This document shows positions 20,167 to 30,615 of a DNA stretch of 64,000 bases, piece after piece; position 1 is the stretch's first letter; every line of letters begins with the position of its first letter. The stretch spans positions 32,001 through 96,000 of the forward strand of contig CAWJKZ010000015.1 in NCBI GenBank assembly GCA_963843575.1. Direction: 5' to 3'. Made by a program: the position numbers and the translations under genes. Source of the DNA: an uncultured Acidobacteriota bacterium. GTDB taxonomy: Bacteria; Acidobacteriota; UBA6911. The notes under the pieces are model-generated. The model was not told the DNA's origin. It did no database searches and worked only from the letters and a program-made list of their open reading frames with translations.

Positions 20167-21267
20167 TCATTTTGCGGGCATCTGCAGAAGGGTGCCCTCT
20201 CGAAGTTCATCCGTCGCTCGCCGGACGACCAGGTCGCCGGCCTTCAAGTCGCCAAGAACCTCCACAAGATCACCTTCGGCAGCCAATTTCCTGACATCTA
20301 CCCAATGAATTCGTCCGTTCTGGTTCCGTACCACAAACGTGCGTTCTGTGGTGGTAACTACGCTGGTCCTCGGGACAAAGAGCGCCGGCTGCGTGCGCCG
20401 GACGGGCCATTTGACCGTCGGATACATACCCGGGGCCAGTGAGCCGTCCTGGTTGACGATATCCATTTCAACTGGCATGGTGCGCGTCTTCTGATCCAGC
20501 ACTTGTGCTATTCGCGCCACCGTTCCCGCATAGGTACGTCCCGGGCGCGCGGGAACCGTGAAGTTCACCCTGGCGCCGTGCATGATTCCGCCGAGGTGTT
20601 CTTCGGGTATCGCGACAACGAGTCTGAGATGAGAAACCTGCTGGAGAACGAGCAAGACAGGATCGGCACCGGGACCGACCAGGGCCCCGGGGTGTACCAG
20701 GCGGTCCGTGACGACCCCGTCGAATGGGGCCGCTATTTTCAAGTAGGCCTGCATATCCATCAGGGAACGGACCGTCGCCTCGGCTGCCCTGATTGATTGT
20801 TGGCGCGCATTGAGGAGGGCTTTGGCTGCATCGACCTGTTTTTCGGCTTGAACAACTTCATTGCCTGCGATGGCTCCCGGAGTTTGGGCCGCCCTCTGCA
20901 TGCGATCCGCGGTGCTCTGCGCGGCTGCAAGTTGAGCTTCGGCCAGGAGGCGCTCAGATTCTGCCGCCTGCACCTTTGACTGGGCTTCGGCAATCTGGGC
21001 TGCCATTTCAGGAGCGGAGAGTTCGGCGAGGAGGTCCCCGTGTTTGACGACACTCCCCCTGTCCACGAGGATGCGATCGACGTATCCCGGCACTTTGGCG
21101 TGAAGCGAGACGCTCAGGTATGGCGCGATTTCGCCCGGCAGATCGATCGTTCGCGACACCGGCTTAGATACCACCGCTACGAGATCGCGACTTTGCGACC
21201 AGGCGATGCAGGCGATGGCAGAGAACGCCGAGATTGTCAAAACGAGAGAAGTGTCATGTCGCGTCAT
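20167..21267 (-). CDS. RND efflux periplasmic adaptor (MFP)
   Basis: [28 protein letters not shown] motifs. Confidence 0.92.
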   Translation of the reverse strand: MTRHDTSLVLTISAFSAIACIAWSQSRDLVAVVSKPVSRTIDLPGEIAPYLSVSLHAKVPGYVDRILVDRGSVVKHGDLLAELSAPEMAAQIAEAQSKVQAAESERLLAEAQLAAAQSTADRMQRAAQTPGAIAGNEVVQAEKQVDAAKALLNARQQSIRAAEATVRSLMDMQAYLKIAAPFDGVVTDRLVHPGALVGPGADPVLLVLQQVSHLRLVVAIPEEHLGGIMHGARVNFTVPARPGRTYAGTVARIAQVLDQKTRTMPVEMDIVNQDGSLAPGMYPTVKWPVRRTQPALFVPRTSVVTTTERTFVVRNQNGRIHWVDVRKLAAEGDLVEVLGDLKAGDLVVRRATDELREGTLLQMPAK

Positions 21268-24200
21268 AATATCGGCTCGCTGGATCCATGGGGTTGAGAG
21301 AAGAGGAAGCCGTGGATGCCCCGCCCTGAAGAATGGCGTAGATCGACGGCAGAACGGTCAGCGTCGCGAAGGTCGATGCGATAAGGCCGCCAATGACGGC
21401 TCGGCCAAGAGGCGCCGATTGTGATCCGCCTTCGCCGAACCCGATGGCCATCGGCACCATGCCGACAATCATCGCGGCCGCGGTCATGAGGATGGCACGC
21501 AGGCGGCTCGCGGCACCCTCGCGCGTGGCTTCGAATAAAGGCCTCCCCTCGTGCCGGAACCGTTCGGCGAAGGTGATCAGAAGAATCGAGTTCGCCGCTG
21601 CAATCCCGATCGACATGATCGCGCCCATGAACGATTGAATGTTCAAGGTCGTCCCGGTCAAATCGAGCATCAGCAGAACGCCGCAAAGCACCGCGGGAAC
21701 GGTCAGAATGACGGCCAGGGCCAGCCGCATGGATTGGAAGTTAGCCGCGAGCAGGAGAAAGATCACGGCGATCGCGAGCAGCAGTCCGGTTCGAAGGCCC
21801 GAAATCGTCTGTTCGAGCGGAGGAATCTGTCCCCGATACCTGACGCTGATGCCCCTGGGCGGCGTTCCGGCCCGGGCGAGCGCGGCATTCAGAGCGGGTG
21901 CCGCTTTACCGAGGGTGATGCCATTCAGATTTGCAGTCAGACTGATCACTCGCTGACCGTTGTTACGCTCGATCATCCCGGGCATGGTTCCGAGCTTCAG
22001 GTCCGCGATGTTCGTGAGTTCGGTATCGGTGCGGCCGTTTTGCATCACCGGGAGCTCGCCGAGATCCTCCAAGCTCTGCAGCCGGTTCTGAGGCAGCTGG
22101 ACCTGTATCTGAAAGGCGTTGCCTGAGTTCGGATCCCGCCAGTAGTTCGGCTGGGTAAATCGCGAAGAGGATGTGGCCGGTACGACGGAGCGCACGACAT
22201 CGGCCATGGTCAAGCCAAACTGCCCGGCCCGGTCACGGTTGACGTTGATGTCCAGCGTCGGATAGTTGAGTTCCTGGGCAAACTGGAGGTCACGCAGAAA
22301 AGGCAGTTTCGCAATCTCCGCCTGGACCTTCTGAGCGTATGCGTAATTGTCTTGCAGATTAGTCCCCTGAATGGCCACCTCGACCGGCGTTGGGGAACCG
22401 AAGCCCATGACTTGGCTCACTATATCGCCCGCCTCAAAGGAGAACCGGCAGGCCGGGAGTTCCCGGTGCAGGGCGGCACGCAACTCTTCCCGCAAGGCGT
22501 CTCCTCGTTGCGTCTTGGGGCTGACGGCCACCTGAATCACCGCTTCCTGAGGCCCGCTGGTAAACAGATGGATCAAATCCACCGGATAGCTGGAGGGCAC
22601 GACACCCACGAAGTCGCTGGTGATTAAAACGTTTTCCTGTCCGATTTCGCGGCGAATCACATCCAGTGCGCGCAGAACGATTCGCTCCGTTTCTTCTACC
22701 CGGGTGCCCGTCGGAGCGCGGAGGCGCAGCCGCAGCACCGGAGCATCGACATCGGGAAAGATCTCGGTCCCCATGCGCGGCAGGATGAGGTAGACGAGTC
22801 CAACGGAGACCATCAGATAAGTGAGAACGACCGGCCAGCGGAACCGCAACACAAGCCGGAGGTATCCCGAATAGAGTGCCCGAAGGCGCCCGAAGAGCGC
22901 TTCGCCGCGATGCGATTCCCGCATCAGCCACGTCGCAAACACCGGAACCAGACTGCTGGAAAGCAGGTAGGACGCGATCATCGCGAACCCGACCGACAGG
23001 GATAAAGGGACGAACAGCTGGCGGCTGACGCCGATCATGAAGAATGAGGGAACGAACACGGCCAGGATGCAGAGCATCGAGAGCAATCGCGCGACGGCTG
23101 TTTGGCTGGAGGCCTGAAGCACTGCGCGGGCCCGCGATACGCCCGGGAGCATCTGGGTATGAATATTTTCGATCGACACCGTGGCTTCGTCGACCAGAAC
23201 GCCGACGGCGAGCGCCAGACCTCCCAGCGTCATGATGTTGATCGTCTGGCCCGCGCCCCACAGCAGGATCACGGCACTGAGCAGGGCGAACGGGATGTTC
23301 AGGACGACGATGAGCGCGCTTCGCCAGTCGCGCAGGAAGATCAATACCATCAGACCGGTCAAAACGGCGCCAAGCGCCCCTTCCGTAATCAAGCCGCGGA
23401 TCGAGTTCGTGACGTAGGGAGACTGGTCGAATTCCAGCCTCACATCGACATCCTCGGGAACTGCCTTCCTGAAATCGGGAATGGCAGCCTTCACCTCGTC
23501 GATCACCGCCAGGGTGGAGGCGTCCGCTCGCTTCGTCACTGGGATGTAGACCGTCCGCTTCCCGTTTACGTGCGCATAAGCCGTAACGAGGTCGGTGCCG
23601 TTCTCGATGGTCCCGATGTCCCGGAGGAAAACGGTAGTTCCGGACACGGGACGGATCGGCGTGCTCATCAGCTCCGAGAGGTTGCCCCCCAGCGCGGCAT
23701 TGGTTCTCGCGATGCGATTGATGGATCCCGTCCACATGTTCCCGGACGGCATAACCAGGCTGGATTTGCTCACGGCCGAAATCGCTTCGTCCGGAGAGAT
23801 GTGATACTGCTTCAGCTTGCCCGGATCGAGGGTAATGACGATCGACCTTTGGTTTCCGCCGAACGGAGGCGGGGCGGAGACTCCCGGCAGCGTCGCGAAC
23901 AGAGGCCGTACTCGGTTCAAGGCATAATCCTGCAACTCGCCCTGTGTGCGGGTAGCGCTGCTGAAAACCAGCTGGCCCACGGCCACGCTCCCCGCGTCAA
24001 AACGGGTGATGAACGGCGGAACAGTCCCCGGCGGCATGAAGGCGCGGGCCCGGTTCACATATCCCACCGTCTCCGACATGGCCTGGCTCATGTTTGTTCC
24101 TTCATGAAACACCAGCTTCATGAGCGCTGCCCCCTGGATACTCTTGCTTTCGACGCGATCTATGCCGGTGATGTACAGGAAGTGGTACTCGTAGTAGTAG

Positions 24201-24391
24201 GTGAGGTATCCCTCCATCTGGGCCGGGTCCATGCCGCCATATGGCTGCGCCACGTAGATTGCCGGGTCCCCCACTTGCGGGAAGATATCGACCGGCATTC
24301 GCTCAATTGCGAGGACCGCGCAAAGCGCGACCGCAATCAAGGCAACAACGACCGTCATGGGCCTGTTGAGAGCGGCCAGAACGAGGCGCAT
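21254..24391 (-). CDS. RND efflux permease (AcrB/CusA-CzcA-like)
   Basis: About 1045 aa, with MPVDIFP, NIMTLGGLALAVGVLVDEA.V.IENI, RLRAILMT, PLGRAVIGGL. Confidence 0.95.
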   Translation of the reverse strand: MRLVLAALNRPMTVVVALIAVALCAVLAIERMPVDIFPQVGDPAIYVAQPYGGMDPAQMEGYLTYYYEYHFLYITGIDRVESKSIQGAALMKLVFHEGTNMSQAMSETVGYVNRARAFMPPGTVPPFITRFDAGSVAVGQLVFSSATRTQGELQDYALNRVRPLFATLPGVSAPPPFGGNQRSIVITLDPGKLKQYHISPDEAISAVSKSSLVMPSGNMWTGSINRIARTNAALGGNLSELMSTPIRPVSGTTVFLRDIGTIENGTDLVTAYAHVNGKRTVYIPVTKRADASTLAVIDEVKAAIPDFRKAVPEDVDVRLEFDQSPYVTNSIRGLITEGALGAVLTGLMVLIFLRDWRSALIVVLNIPFALLSAVILLWGAGQTINIMTLGGLALAVGVLVDEATVSIENIHTQMLPGVSRARAVLQASSQTAVARLLSMLCILAVFVPSFFMIGVSRQLFVPLSLSVGFAMIASYLLSSSLVPVFATWLMRESHRGEALFGRLRALYSGYLRLVLRFRWPVVLTYLMVSVGLVYLILPRMGTEIFPDVDAPVLRLRLRAPTGTRVEETERIVLRALDVIRREIGQENVLITSDFVGVVPSSYPVDLIHLFTSGPQEAVIQVAVSPKTQRGDALREELRAALHRELPACRFSFEAGDIVSQVMGFGSPTPVEVAIQGTNLQDNYAYAQKVQAEIAKLPFLRDLQFAQELNYPTLDINVNRDRAGQFGLTMADVVRSVVPATSSSRFTQPNYWRDPNSGNAFQIQVQLPQNRLQSLEDLGELPVMQNGRTDTELTNIADLKLGTMPGMIERNNGQRVISLTANLNGITLGKAAPALNAALARAGTPPRGISVRYRGQIPPLEQTISGLRTGLLLAIAVIFLLLAANFQSMRLALAVILTVPAVLCGVLLMLDLTGTTLNIQSFMGAIMSIGIAAANSILLITFAERFRHEGRPLFEATREGAASRLRAILMTAAAMIVGMVPMAIGFGEGGSQSAPLGRAVIGGLIASTFATLTVLPSIYAILQGGASTASSSLNPMDPASRYYDAT

Positions 24392-24408
24392 ATCTTCATC
24401 TCCTGAAC

Positions 24409-25857
24409 TTATTGGCTGACTTCGGCGAGAAACGGCTGAATGTCCCCCGCCGCGGCAGCGACTGCCAGGAGGCCGCGCCACACGTTCAGCCGGGCAAGGG
24501 CATCGTCAATCTCGGATTGTGCGAGCAGCCGCTCTGCTTCCGCCACGTCGTCGATATTCCCCAGCCCCGATTGATAGCGAGCCGTTGCCTGTTCGACGGT
24601 GGCCCGTGCGGCCGAGACCTGTATGGGCGTGTTGGCCGCCACCCTTCGGGCGCCCATCAGAGTGGCTGTGGCCGCATTCCACTGCGCTTTGAGGTCTGCG
24701 GCGATCTGCTGATATCGGGCGGTCTCCGCACGAATGGCCGCTTCTTGCCCGGCCTCTCGCGCATGTAACGAAAAGCGGTCGAACACGGGAAATGTAACGG
24801 TAAATCCCACGGCATAGTTCTGAGTGTCGGGAGCTAGGCCGTTCAACCCTCCGAGCCGATTTCCGTTCGTCTCGGCACCTGTCCCGCGCGCATATGCGGA
24901 ACCCTGCAGGAGGAACCGGGGAAAGTACGATCGCTCCAGGATCCTGAGTTGCGCTGTCAACTGTTCGATGGCGGCGCTCTGCTCCCGGGCCGAGGGATTT
25001 GCGGCTGTGTCGAGCGGCCTTATAGCCTGTTCCGGCGCCGGCTGGAGCAATCTCGGCGCAGCAGTCGAGATCTGGACTGGTTCCATTCCCACGAATTGCG
25101 AAAGGTGGGCGCGCGCAACCTCGACCGCCTGCTGAGCCTGTATCATCTGGGTCCTCGCAGCGGCAACCTCGGCCTGGGCCCGCGAGGCGTCTGCGCCGGG
25201 GCGCAGTTGCGCGTCTGCCAACGCATTGATCGTTCTGGCGATCACCTCTGTTCGATCCACGGCGGCTTGCGCCGCCCGGACCGTCTCCTGTGCCGCCATG
25301 AGCGTGACGTAGGCTTCCGCCGTTGTGACTGCGATGTCAAACCGCGTTCGCTCCAGCGTCGCCTCGGACCGTGCCCGCGCGGCCGCTGCAGCCGCAACAC
25401 CCGCCCGTCGATATCCGAAATCAAAAGGCTCCCAGCTGACGAGCGTTCCCACCGCGCTGCCCCATACCGTTCCGAAATTGTTCGTCCCGAGCACGGGGCC
25501 GGACAGGGAAGGGACGACGCCCTGGGGCAACAACTGGCCGAAGACGTTGTTTCTCGTGGCGCGATTCACCTGTACCAGCGCATCGACTCGCGGCAAATAC
25601 GCAGTCCGCGCGAGCTGAATTGCGGCAGCCGCCACATTGATCTGTTCCTGCGAGACCTGTACGGAAGGATAGTTGCGCAATGCGGTTTCGACCGCCTGCG
25701 CGAGCGTCAGGCCAGCCGATTGACCGGCCTGCTGGGCCGCAAGAGCAAAGCTGCCCATTAGACTCAGGACCAGAACTCTTACCGCGTAGCCACACCCGCG
25801 TTTAATTGTCTTGACCACGGCCGCTATTCCCCTTCGACAAATCAACCATGAATTCAC
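24409..25857 (-). CDS. TolC-family outer-membrane factor
   Basis: LTLAQAVETALRNYP, two OEP repeats, ARYQSGL. Confidence 0.9.
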   Translation of the reverse strand: MNSWLICRRGIAAVVKTIKRGCGYAVRVLVLSLMGSFALAAQQAGQSAGLTLAQAVETALRNYPSVQVSQEQINVAAAAIQLARTAYLPRVDALVQVNRATRNNVFGQLLPQGVVPSLSGPVLGTNNFGTVWGSAVGTLVSWEPFDFGYRRAGVAAAAAARARSEATLERTRFDIAVTTAEAYVTLMAAQETVRAAQAAVDRTEVIARTINALADAQLRPGADASRAQAEVAAARTQMIQAQQAVEVARAHLSQFVGMEPVQISTAAPRLLQPAPEQAIRPLDTAANPSAREQSAAIEQLTAQLRILERSYFPRFLLQGSAYARGTGAETNGNRLGGLNGLAPDTQNYAVGFTVTFPVFDRFSLHAREAGQEAAIRAETARYQQIAADLKAQWNAATATLMGARRVAANTPIQVSAARATVEQATARYQSGLGNIDDVAEAERLLAQSEIDDALARLNVWRGLLAVAAAAGDIQPFLAEVSQ

Positions 25858-26079
25858 GATCTCGATCCCTGGTTGGCGGGCGGCGCCAGGCTGACGCCGG
25901 CCAAATCATTCTTCAAAGCTGAGACAACCTTGCCGCCGATGTCCGGGCGCCGGGCATCGCCGCCGACGATCCGCAAAGACAACCCCGCCCAGCATGGCTG
26001 TCTGAAACAGCACCCGAAAACCGGCAGCCACGACGAGGGCCTGTGCGCCGTTAGGTCGGCTTAATGGGAGACGACTCAT

Positions 26080-26409
26080 TCATGACTCGCGATCGTCCTC
26101 ACCGAGGATCACTTCGCGATAAAGTTCCCCGACATTGGTGCGCAGCAGGCGGAGTACCTCACTGCCTTTCCTGGTAAGCGAGTACTCCTTGCGGGCGCGC
26201 AGACCGCCCCGCGGGTCGACTTTGCACTTCAGCCAGCCGCGATCGGACATGCGGGCGAGCATGGGATAGACTGTTCCGGGACTCACCTCATATCCGTGGT
26301 GTCGCAATTCCCGGATAATCCACTGGCCGACGACGGGCTTCTTCTCCGCGTGATGAAGGATATGGACCTTCCAGAAGGAAAGCAGGATCTCTCGCTCTAC
26401 GTCTTTCAT
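26080..26409 (-). CDS. PadR-family transcriptional regulator
   Basis: HILHHA...ELRHHGYEVSPGTVYPML..RKEYSLT.KG. Upstream of the efflux operon. Confidence 0.9.
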   Translation of the reverse strand: MKDVEREILLSFWKVHILHHAEKKPVVGQWIIRELRHHGYEVSPGTVYPMLARMSDRGWLKCKVDPRGGLRARKEYSLTRKGSEVLRLLRTNVGELYREVILGEDDRES

Positions 26410-26874
26410 GACTCCCGAGCCTGTTGTCGATTATCGTAGTCGAATACTGTAATGACTTCAATAGCAGGGCACTTACTCGGTTTCAACGCGGTTCCGGTGT
26501 GAGGGGTATTGCGCTCGACCTCGATACTTCATGAACAACCGAGCGGCAGGAGAGCGGTACGCGGATGAACGCGGAGAAACGCGGATCAGAACTGACGATT
26601 CGGTCTGCCAGCGTTTATCCGCGTGCGCGGCGCCGGCCTCACCACGGGGTTTGAACGGACGCGGCCTGACGCGCGGCGGGCGCCAGTTGCAGTAAAACAG
26701 CCGCATCAGCGCGCTGCGTTCGGCCGGGTCGGAAGGCCTTGAGTTGTTCATCCGTTCTGCCCTCCTTCAGTCGGGTGTTTTCCGGACGCGGCCAACCCTG
26801 CGGACGCAGATGGATGCCACGTTATATCCGATGCAGGTCATTTTGCCACCCGATCCTGCCGCTTTCACCAAGCG

Positions 26875-26960
26875 TCCGGGCTGAAGAGGCTGTCCAACGG
26901 TTGATCTGCCCGCCCTGCCCGTAAAACAAGTGGGTCCGGGCTTCAGCCCGGACGTCTTTT
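26875..26960. repeat. REP/REPIN-like module GTCCGGGCT(T/G)(C/A)A...GCCCGGAC
   Basis: GTGGGTCCGGGCTTCAGCCCGGAC palindrome preceded by AGGCTGTCCAACG..TGA. Similar to 59170-59245. Confidence 0.7.
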
Positions 26961-26991
26961 GATCGGATCTATGTGGCGAAGGGCGCACGAT

Positions 26992-27849
26992 CTAGCGACC
27001 GCAAAAAGCGTCCGGGCTGCTCTCCGTCGAACTCCGGCGGATCACCTGGCTCAACGGGGTGTACACGACGCGGAAGCCCAGCCGGTGTATGGGGCTGAGG
27101 GGGTCCCGGAGGCCGGCACGAACAAAAAAGGCGGGAAGGTCCCATCCGCCCCCGCGCACCGGGTGGTGGGTGGATCCGGTCCCTTCCCAGGCGCTCCCGT
27201 CCGTCGGCGCTCCCTTATAATCGGGATGCCAGGTGTCCTGGCACCACTCCGGCACGTTGCCCAGCATGTCATAGAGCCCGAAGGCATTGGGCTGCTTCAC
27301 ACCCACGGGGTGGGTGGTGCCGCCCGCGTTCTCCGCAGCCCACGCGATCGCGTCCACCGGGCCGTAGGTCTCCTCCTTGCCGCCTGCCCGGCAGCCATAC
27401 TCCCACTCGGCCTCGCTGGGAAGACGGTAGCGCCGGCCCGGTTCGAGGGCGTTCAGCTTCCGGATGAACGCCTGAGCTTCCTGCCAGCTGACCCCTTCCA
27501 CGGGAGCATCGGGGCCTGCCTGACGAAAGTGGGATGGGTTGCCGCCCATTAAGGCCTGCCACTGTGCCTGGGTAACCTCGGTCACTGCCATCCAGAAGCC
27601 CGGCACGTCCACGCGGTGGACCGGCTGCTCCGCTGCGCGAACGGTGGAACCCATTTCGAAGCTGCCTGCAGGGATCTCGACGAATCGCATCCCGATGCTG
27701 TTGCAGACCGGGGCGGCCGCGACCCTGTTTCCGGCTCCGACGCGCTGGTCTTCGTGCGGGCCGAAGGGCGAGCGGGCGAAAACGCGTGGCGGTTGAGTGC
27801 AGGCCAGTAGCATGACGAGGACGACGCGGGTGGTTCTCTTGGCAACCAT
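26992..27849 (-). CDS. Secreted formylglycine-generating enzyme (SUMF1/FGE-sulfatase) domain protein
   Basis: IPAGSFEMGS, TEVTQAQW, RLPSEAEWEY, NAFGLYDMLGNV.EW, RGGGW, LGFR. Confidence 0.9.
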   Translation of the reverse strand: MVAKRTTRVVLVMLLACTQPPRVFARSPFGPHEDQRVGAGNRVAAAPVCNSIGMRFVEIPAGSFEMGSTVRAAEQPVHRVDVPGFWMAVTEVTQAQWQALMGGNPSHFRQAGPDAPVEGVSWQEAQAFIRKLNALEPGRRYRLPSEAEWEYGCRAGGKEETYGPVDAIAWAAENAGGTTHPVGVKQPNAFGLYDMLGNVPEWCQDTWHPDYKGAPTDGSAWEGTGSTHHPVRGGGWDLPAFFVRAGLRDPLSPIHRLGFRVVYTPLSQVIRRSSTESSPDAFCGR

Positions 27850-28071
27850 CAGTGTCTCCCTTTCGGTCCCGGACGAGTCGCTGCCCTAGGCCCGGCGCGA
27901 TAGAAGTGAGGTTGTGAAGGTCCGTTTCCAAACCACGGGCCTCCTCCATCCCGCTAGACGAAGATCAGGCGCATGAAGTTCTGCTGATCTGCGTGGACCC
28001 GCGTCCATCAGCGTCCGATTTTGACCTGGTGGCCTCTGGACACCGGTCGCGCGGTCATCTATAACGACTGC

Positions 28072-29556
28072 ATGTCGCTCTCAGTCCTTGTCCTTTCCTT
28101 ACAGCTGGCGGCGGCCGGCGCCGGCCAGGCGCACCAACCTGCCGCAGCCCGGTTCGAGGGTGCGGCGTGCCCGGTCGAAGTTGCTGCGGACGAGCGTATC
28201 GACTGCGGCGTGCTGCTTGTGCCGGAGAACCGGCGCAGAGCGGGGAGCCGAACGGTGCGGCTGCCGGTGATGATATTCCGGAGCCGCTCGTCGGTGCCGG
28301 CACCGGACCCGATCCTGTTCCTGACCGGAGGCCCGGGCAACAGCGGCGTGGCCGGGCGGCGATCGGCCCGCGGGAATCCGTTCCTGGATGAGCGCGACTT
28401 CGTGGTGATGGAACAGCGTGGCACGCGGTATGCTCAACCGGCGCTCGAGTGCCCGGCCGTCAACGCTTTAAAGGGCGAGATCGCCGCGGGACGCTTGCGT
28501 GGAAACGCTGCGAACGCCGACCTGGTCAAGGCGGCGCGTGCTTGCCGCGACAAGCTGACGGCGGCGGGAACGGATCTGGACGGCTACTCGACGGAGGCCA
28601 GCTCCGACGACATCGAGGATCTGCGCAAGGCGCTGGGCTACCGGAACTGGAACCTCTACGGGATTTCGTATGGCACCCGTCTCGCCCTGACGGTGCTCCG
28701 CAGGCATCCGTCCGGGGTTCGCAGCGTGGTACTCGATTCGGTGCTGCCGCCCGAGGTGAATTTCGACGAAGTAGCCGCCAGCAACCTGCTGCGCGCCCTG
28801 AACGCGGTGTTCGACGGGTGTGCGAGTGATCGGGAGTGCGGCACCGCCTATCCGAACCTGAGACAGCGCTTCGCCGATCTCGTGGCCGGCGCCGACCGGC
28901 GGCCGCTCGGGTTACCGATCGATGCGGCGGACGCCGGCGGGCGTCCCGCCGAGATACGCGGCGCGCAGATCGTGGATGCAATCTACAACGCACTGCACAA
29001 GCCTCAGGCGATCCCGCGGATTCCGCGGATCATCAGCGCCGCCGCTGCCGGAGAGTACGCCGAGTTGCTGCCGCTGGTGAAGGAGAACCAGGGCCCCTCG
29101 TCTTCGAGTTGGGGGATGCGGTACTCGGTCTGGTGTTCGGAGGAATCGCCGTTCCAGAGCGCCGACAGGATCGCCGCCCAGCTCTCGCCCGCCCTGGGAC
29201 TGGGCGGCATCGACGAAACCACCGCGTCGCCGGAGGTGTGCCGGGCGTGGAACGTTTCCCCGGCCCCGGCGGTCGAGAACGAGCCGGTGAAAAGTGACGT
29301 TCCGGCCTTGGTTTTCGCCGGCGAGTTTGATCCCGACACGCCACCCGACTGGGGACGCCGACTCCTGGAGTCGATGCCCAACGCGCGCTACGTGGAGTTC
29401 CGCGGGCACAGCCACGGGGCGGGATTCAACGCGTGTGGCGCCGAACTCGTGACGGCCTTCCTGCGCGCCCCGGGCTCCCCGCTTCCCACGGACTGCGTGC
29501 TCAAACTCCGCGGCGCGGACTTCGGCTTGAGCGCGCGCCGACCCGTCAGCAAGTAA
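28072..29556 (+). CDS. Secreted alpha/beta hydrolase (TAP-like peptidase family)
   Basis: Signal peptide, FLTGGPG, GISYGT nucleophile, GEFDPDTP, GHSH. Confidence 0.9.
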   Translation: MSLSVLVLSLQLAAAGAGQAHQPAAARFEGAACPVEVAADERIDCGVLLVPENRRRAGSRTVRLPVMIFRSRSSVPAPDPILFLTGGPGNSGVAGRRSARGNPFLDERDFVVMEQRGTRYAQPALECPAVNALKGEIAAGRLRGNAANADLVKAARACRDKLTAAGTDLDGYSTEASSDDIEDLRKALGYRNWNLYGISYGTRLALTVLRRHPSGVRSVVLDSVLPPEVNFDEVAASNLLRALNAVFDGCASDRECGTAYPNLRQRFADLVAGADRRPLGLPIDAADAGGRPAEIRGAQIVDAIYNALHKPQAIPRIPRIISAAAAGEYAELLPLVKENQGPSSSSWGMRYSVWCSEESPFQSADRIAAQLSPALGLGGIDETTASPEVCRAWNVSPAPAVENEPVKSDVPALVFAGEFDPDTPPDWGRRLLESMPNARYVEFRGHSHGAGFNACGAELVTAFLRAPGSPLPTDCVLKLRGADFGLSARRPVSK

Positions 29557-29674
29557 AAATCTGCGTGGATCCGCGTATTGAAAATCTTAGCCGCTCAGTG
29601 ACCGGAGATTGGCGAAGGGCGGGATGCCGCGTGTTTTCGGGGCGGGGTTTTCGGGAGCGCAGCGCGTTCGCAGA

Positions 29675-30526
29675 TCAAACGTGTCCGGTGCCCGGGTCCC
29701 GGTAGACGAGCGGGTTTTTGTCGCCGGCCGCGAGCGCCCCGGGCTCAACGCCCGGCATGCAGATGCGCAGATCGTTCAGCCGGATCGGGGTCAGATCCCT
29801 CCAGACATACGTGCCGTCGGGGAAATAGGAGATTGCCGCCGCCTCCCTCGCTCGGTCCGTGGCGTTTCCCTGCGCCGAGTGGAGCGTCCATCCCGCGTGG
29901 AAACTGGCGTCCCCCGCCTTCATGGGGCAGGTGACGACCGGGAGCTGATGCTCTGCGATGAAGCGGTCGAAGTGGGCCATGGCCTCATCCGATATGCCGA
30001 GATCGTCCGTAAAGGGGAAGCGGTGCGAACCCGTCGCGAAGCGCAGCGCCCCCATTTCCGGTGTGACGTCGACAAGGGCGACCCAGCACGTGAGCATGTG
30101 GTCGGTATCCAGGGGCCAGTAGTAGTGATCCTGGTGCCACGGTGTCGGGCCTCCGCCCGGCTCCTTGAAGAAGACCTGGTTGTGATAGATGCGAACGGCG
30201 TCCGCGCCCGCGAGCCGCGCGGCCATCCTGGCGAAACGGTGCGCAAGGACAAAAGGGCGGGTCTCCTCGTCCGAGAGGAAAGTGTTGGTCAGCGCAAGGA
30301 ACGCGCGTCCGAAGATGTCCCGGTCCCCAAGAGCGGGAGGTGCGGGGAAATGTTTCCGGATGACACTTCGAAACACCTCCCGGTGCGCGGCTATCTCCTC
30401 CGGAGTGCACACCCCGGGCAGAAAGAGATGCCCGTTTTCCCTGAATTCCGCTACTTGTCGATCGGTAAGGGGGTAGTCGCTGGACAGGTTGGGCGTGGGC
30501 GGGAAATTTTCGATCGGGCTTCCCAT
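29675..30526 (-). CDS. Phytanoyl-CoA dioxygenase (PhyH) family Fe/2OG oxygenase
   Basis: FFKEPGGGPTPWHQD, FHAGWTLHSA..N...R. AGGAGGA RBS. Confidence 0.92.
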   Translation of the reverse strand: MGSPIENFPPTPNLSSDYPLTDRQVAEFRENGHLFLPGVCTPEEIAAHREVFRSVIRKHFPAPPALGDRDIFGRAFLALTNTFLSDEETRPFVLAHRFARMAARLAGADAVRIYHNQVFFKEPGGGPTPWHQDHYYWPLDTDHMLTCWVALVDVTPEMGALRFATGSHRFPFTDDLGISDEAMAHFDRFIAEHQLPVVTCPMKAGDASFHAGWTLHSAQGNATDRAREAAAISYFPDGTYVWRDLTPIRLNDLRICMPGVEPGALAAGDKNPLVYRDPGTGHV

Positions 30527-30615
30527 TACGAGTCCTCCTGGCATTGCTTTCGATAGGGGTGTGGCCTCGGCCTGCGCGCTCGTGGTCCCGCCCCTTGACC
30601 CTCGACAAGCATAGC

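Noticed and set aside
26992-27160. Second FGE-domain gene as another DGR target
   Set aside because: Its C-terminus (RGGGWDLPAFFVRAGLRDPLSPIHRLGFR) is shorter, has no clear nucleotide similarity to the VR and lacks the consistent NNC pattern.
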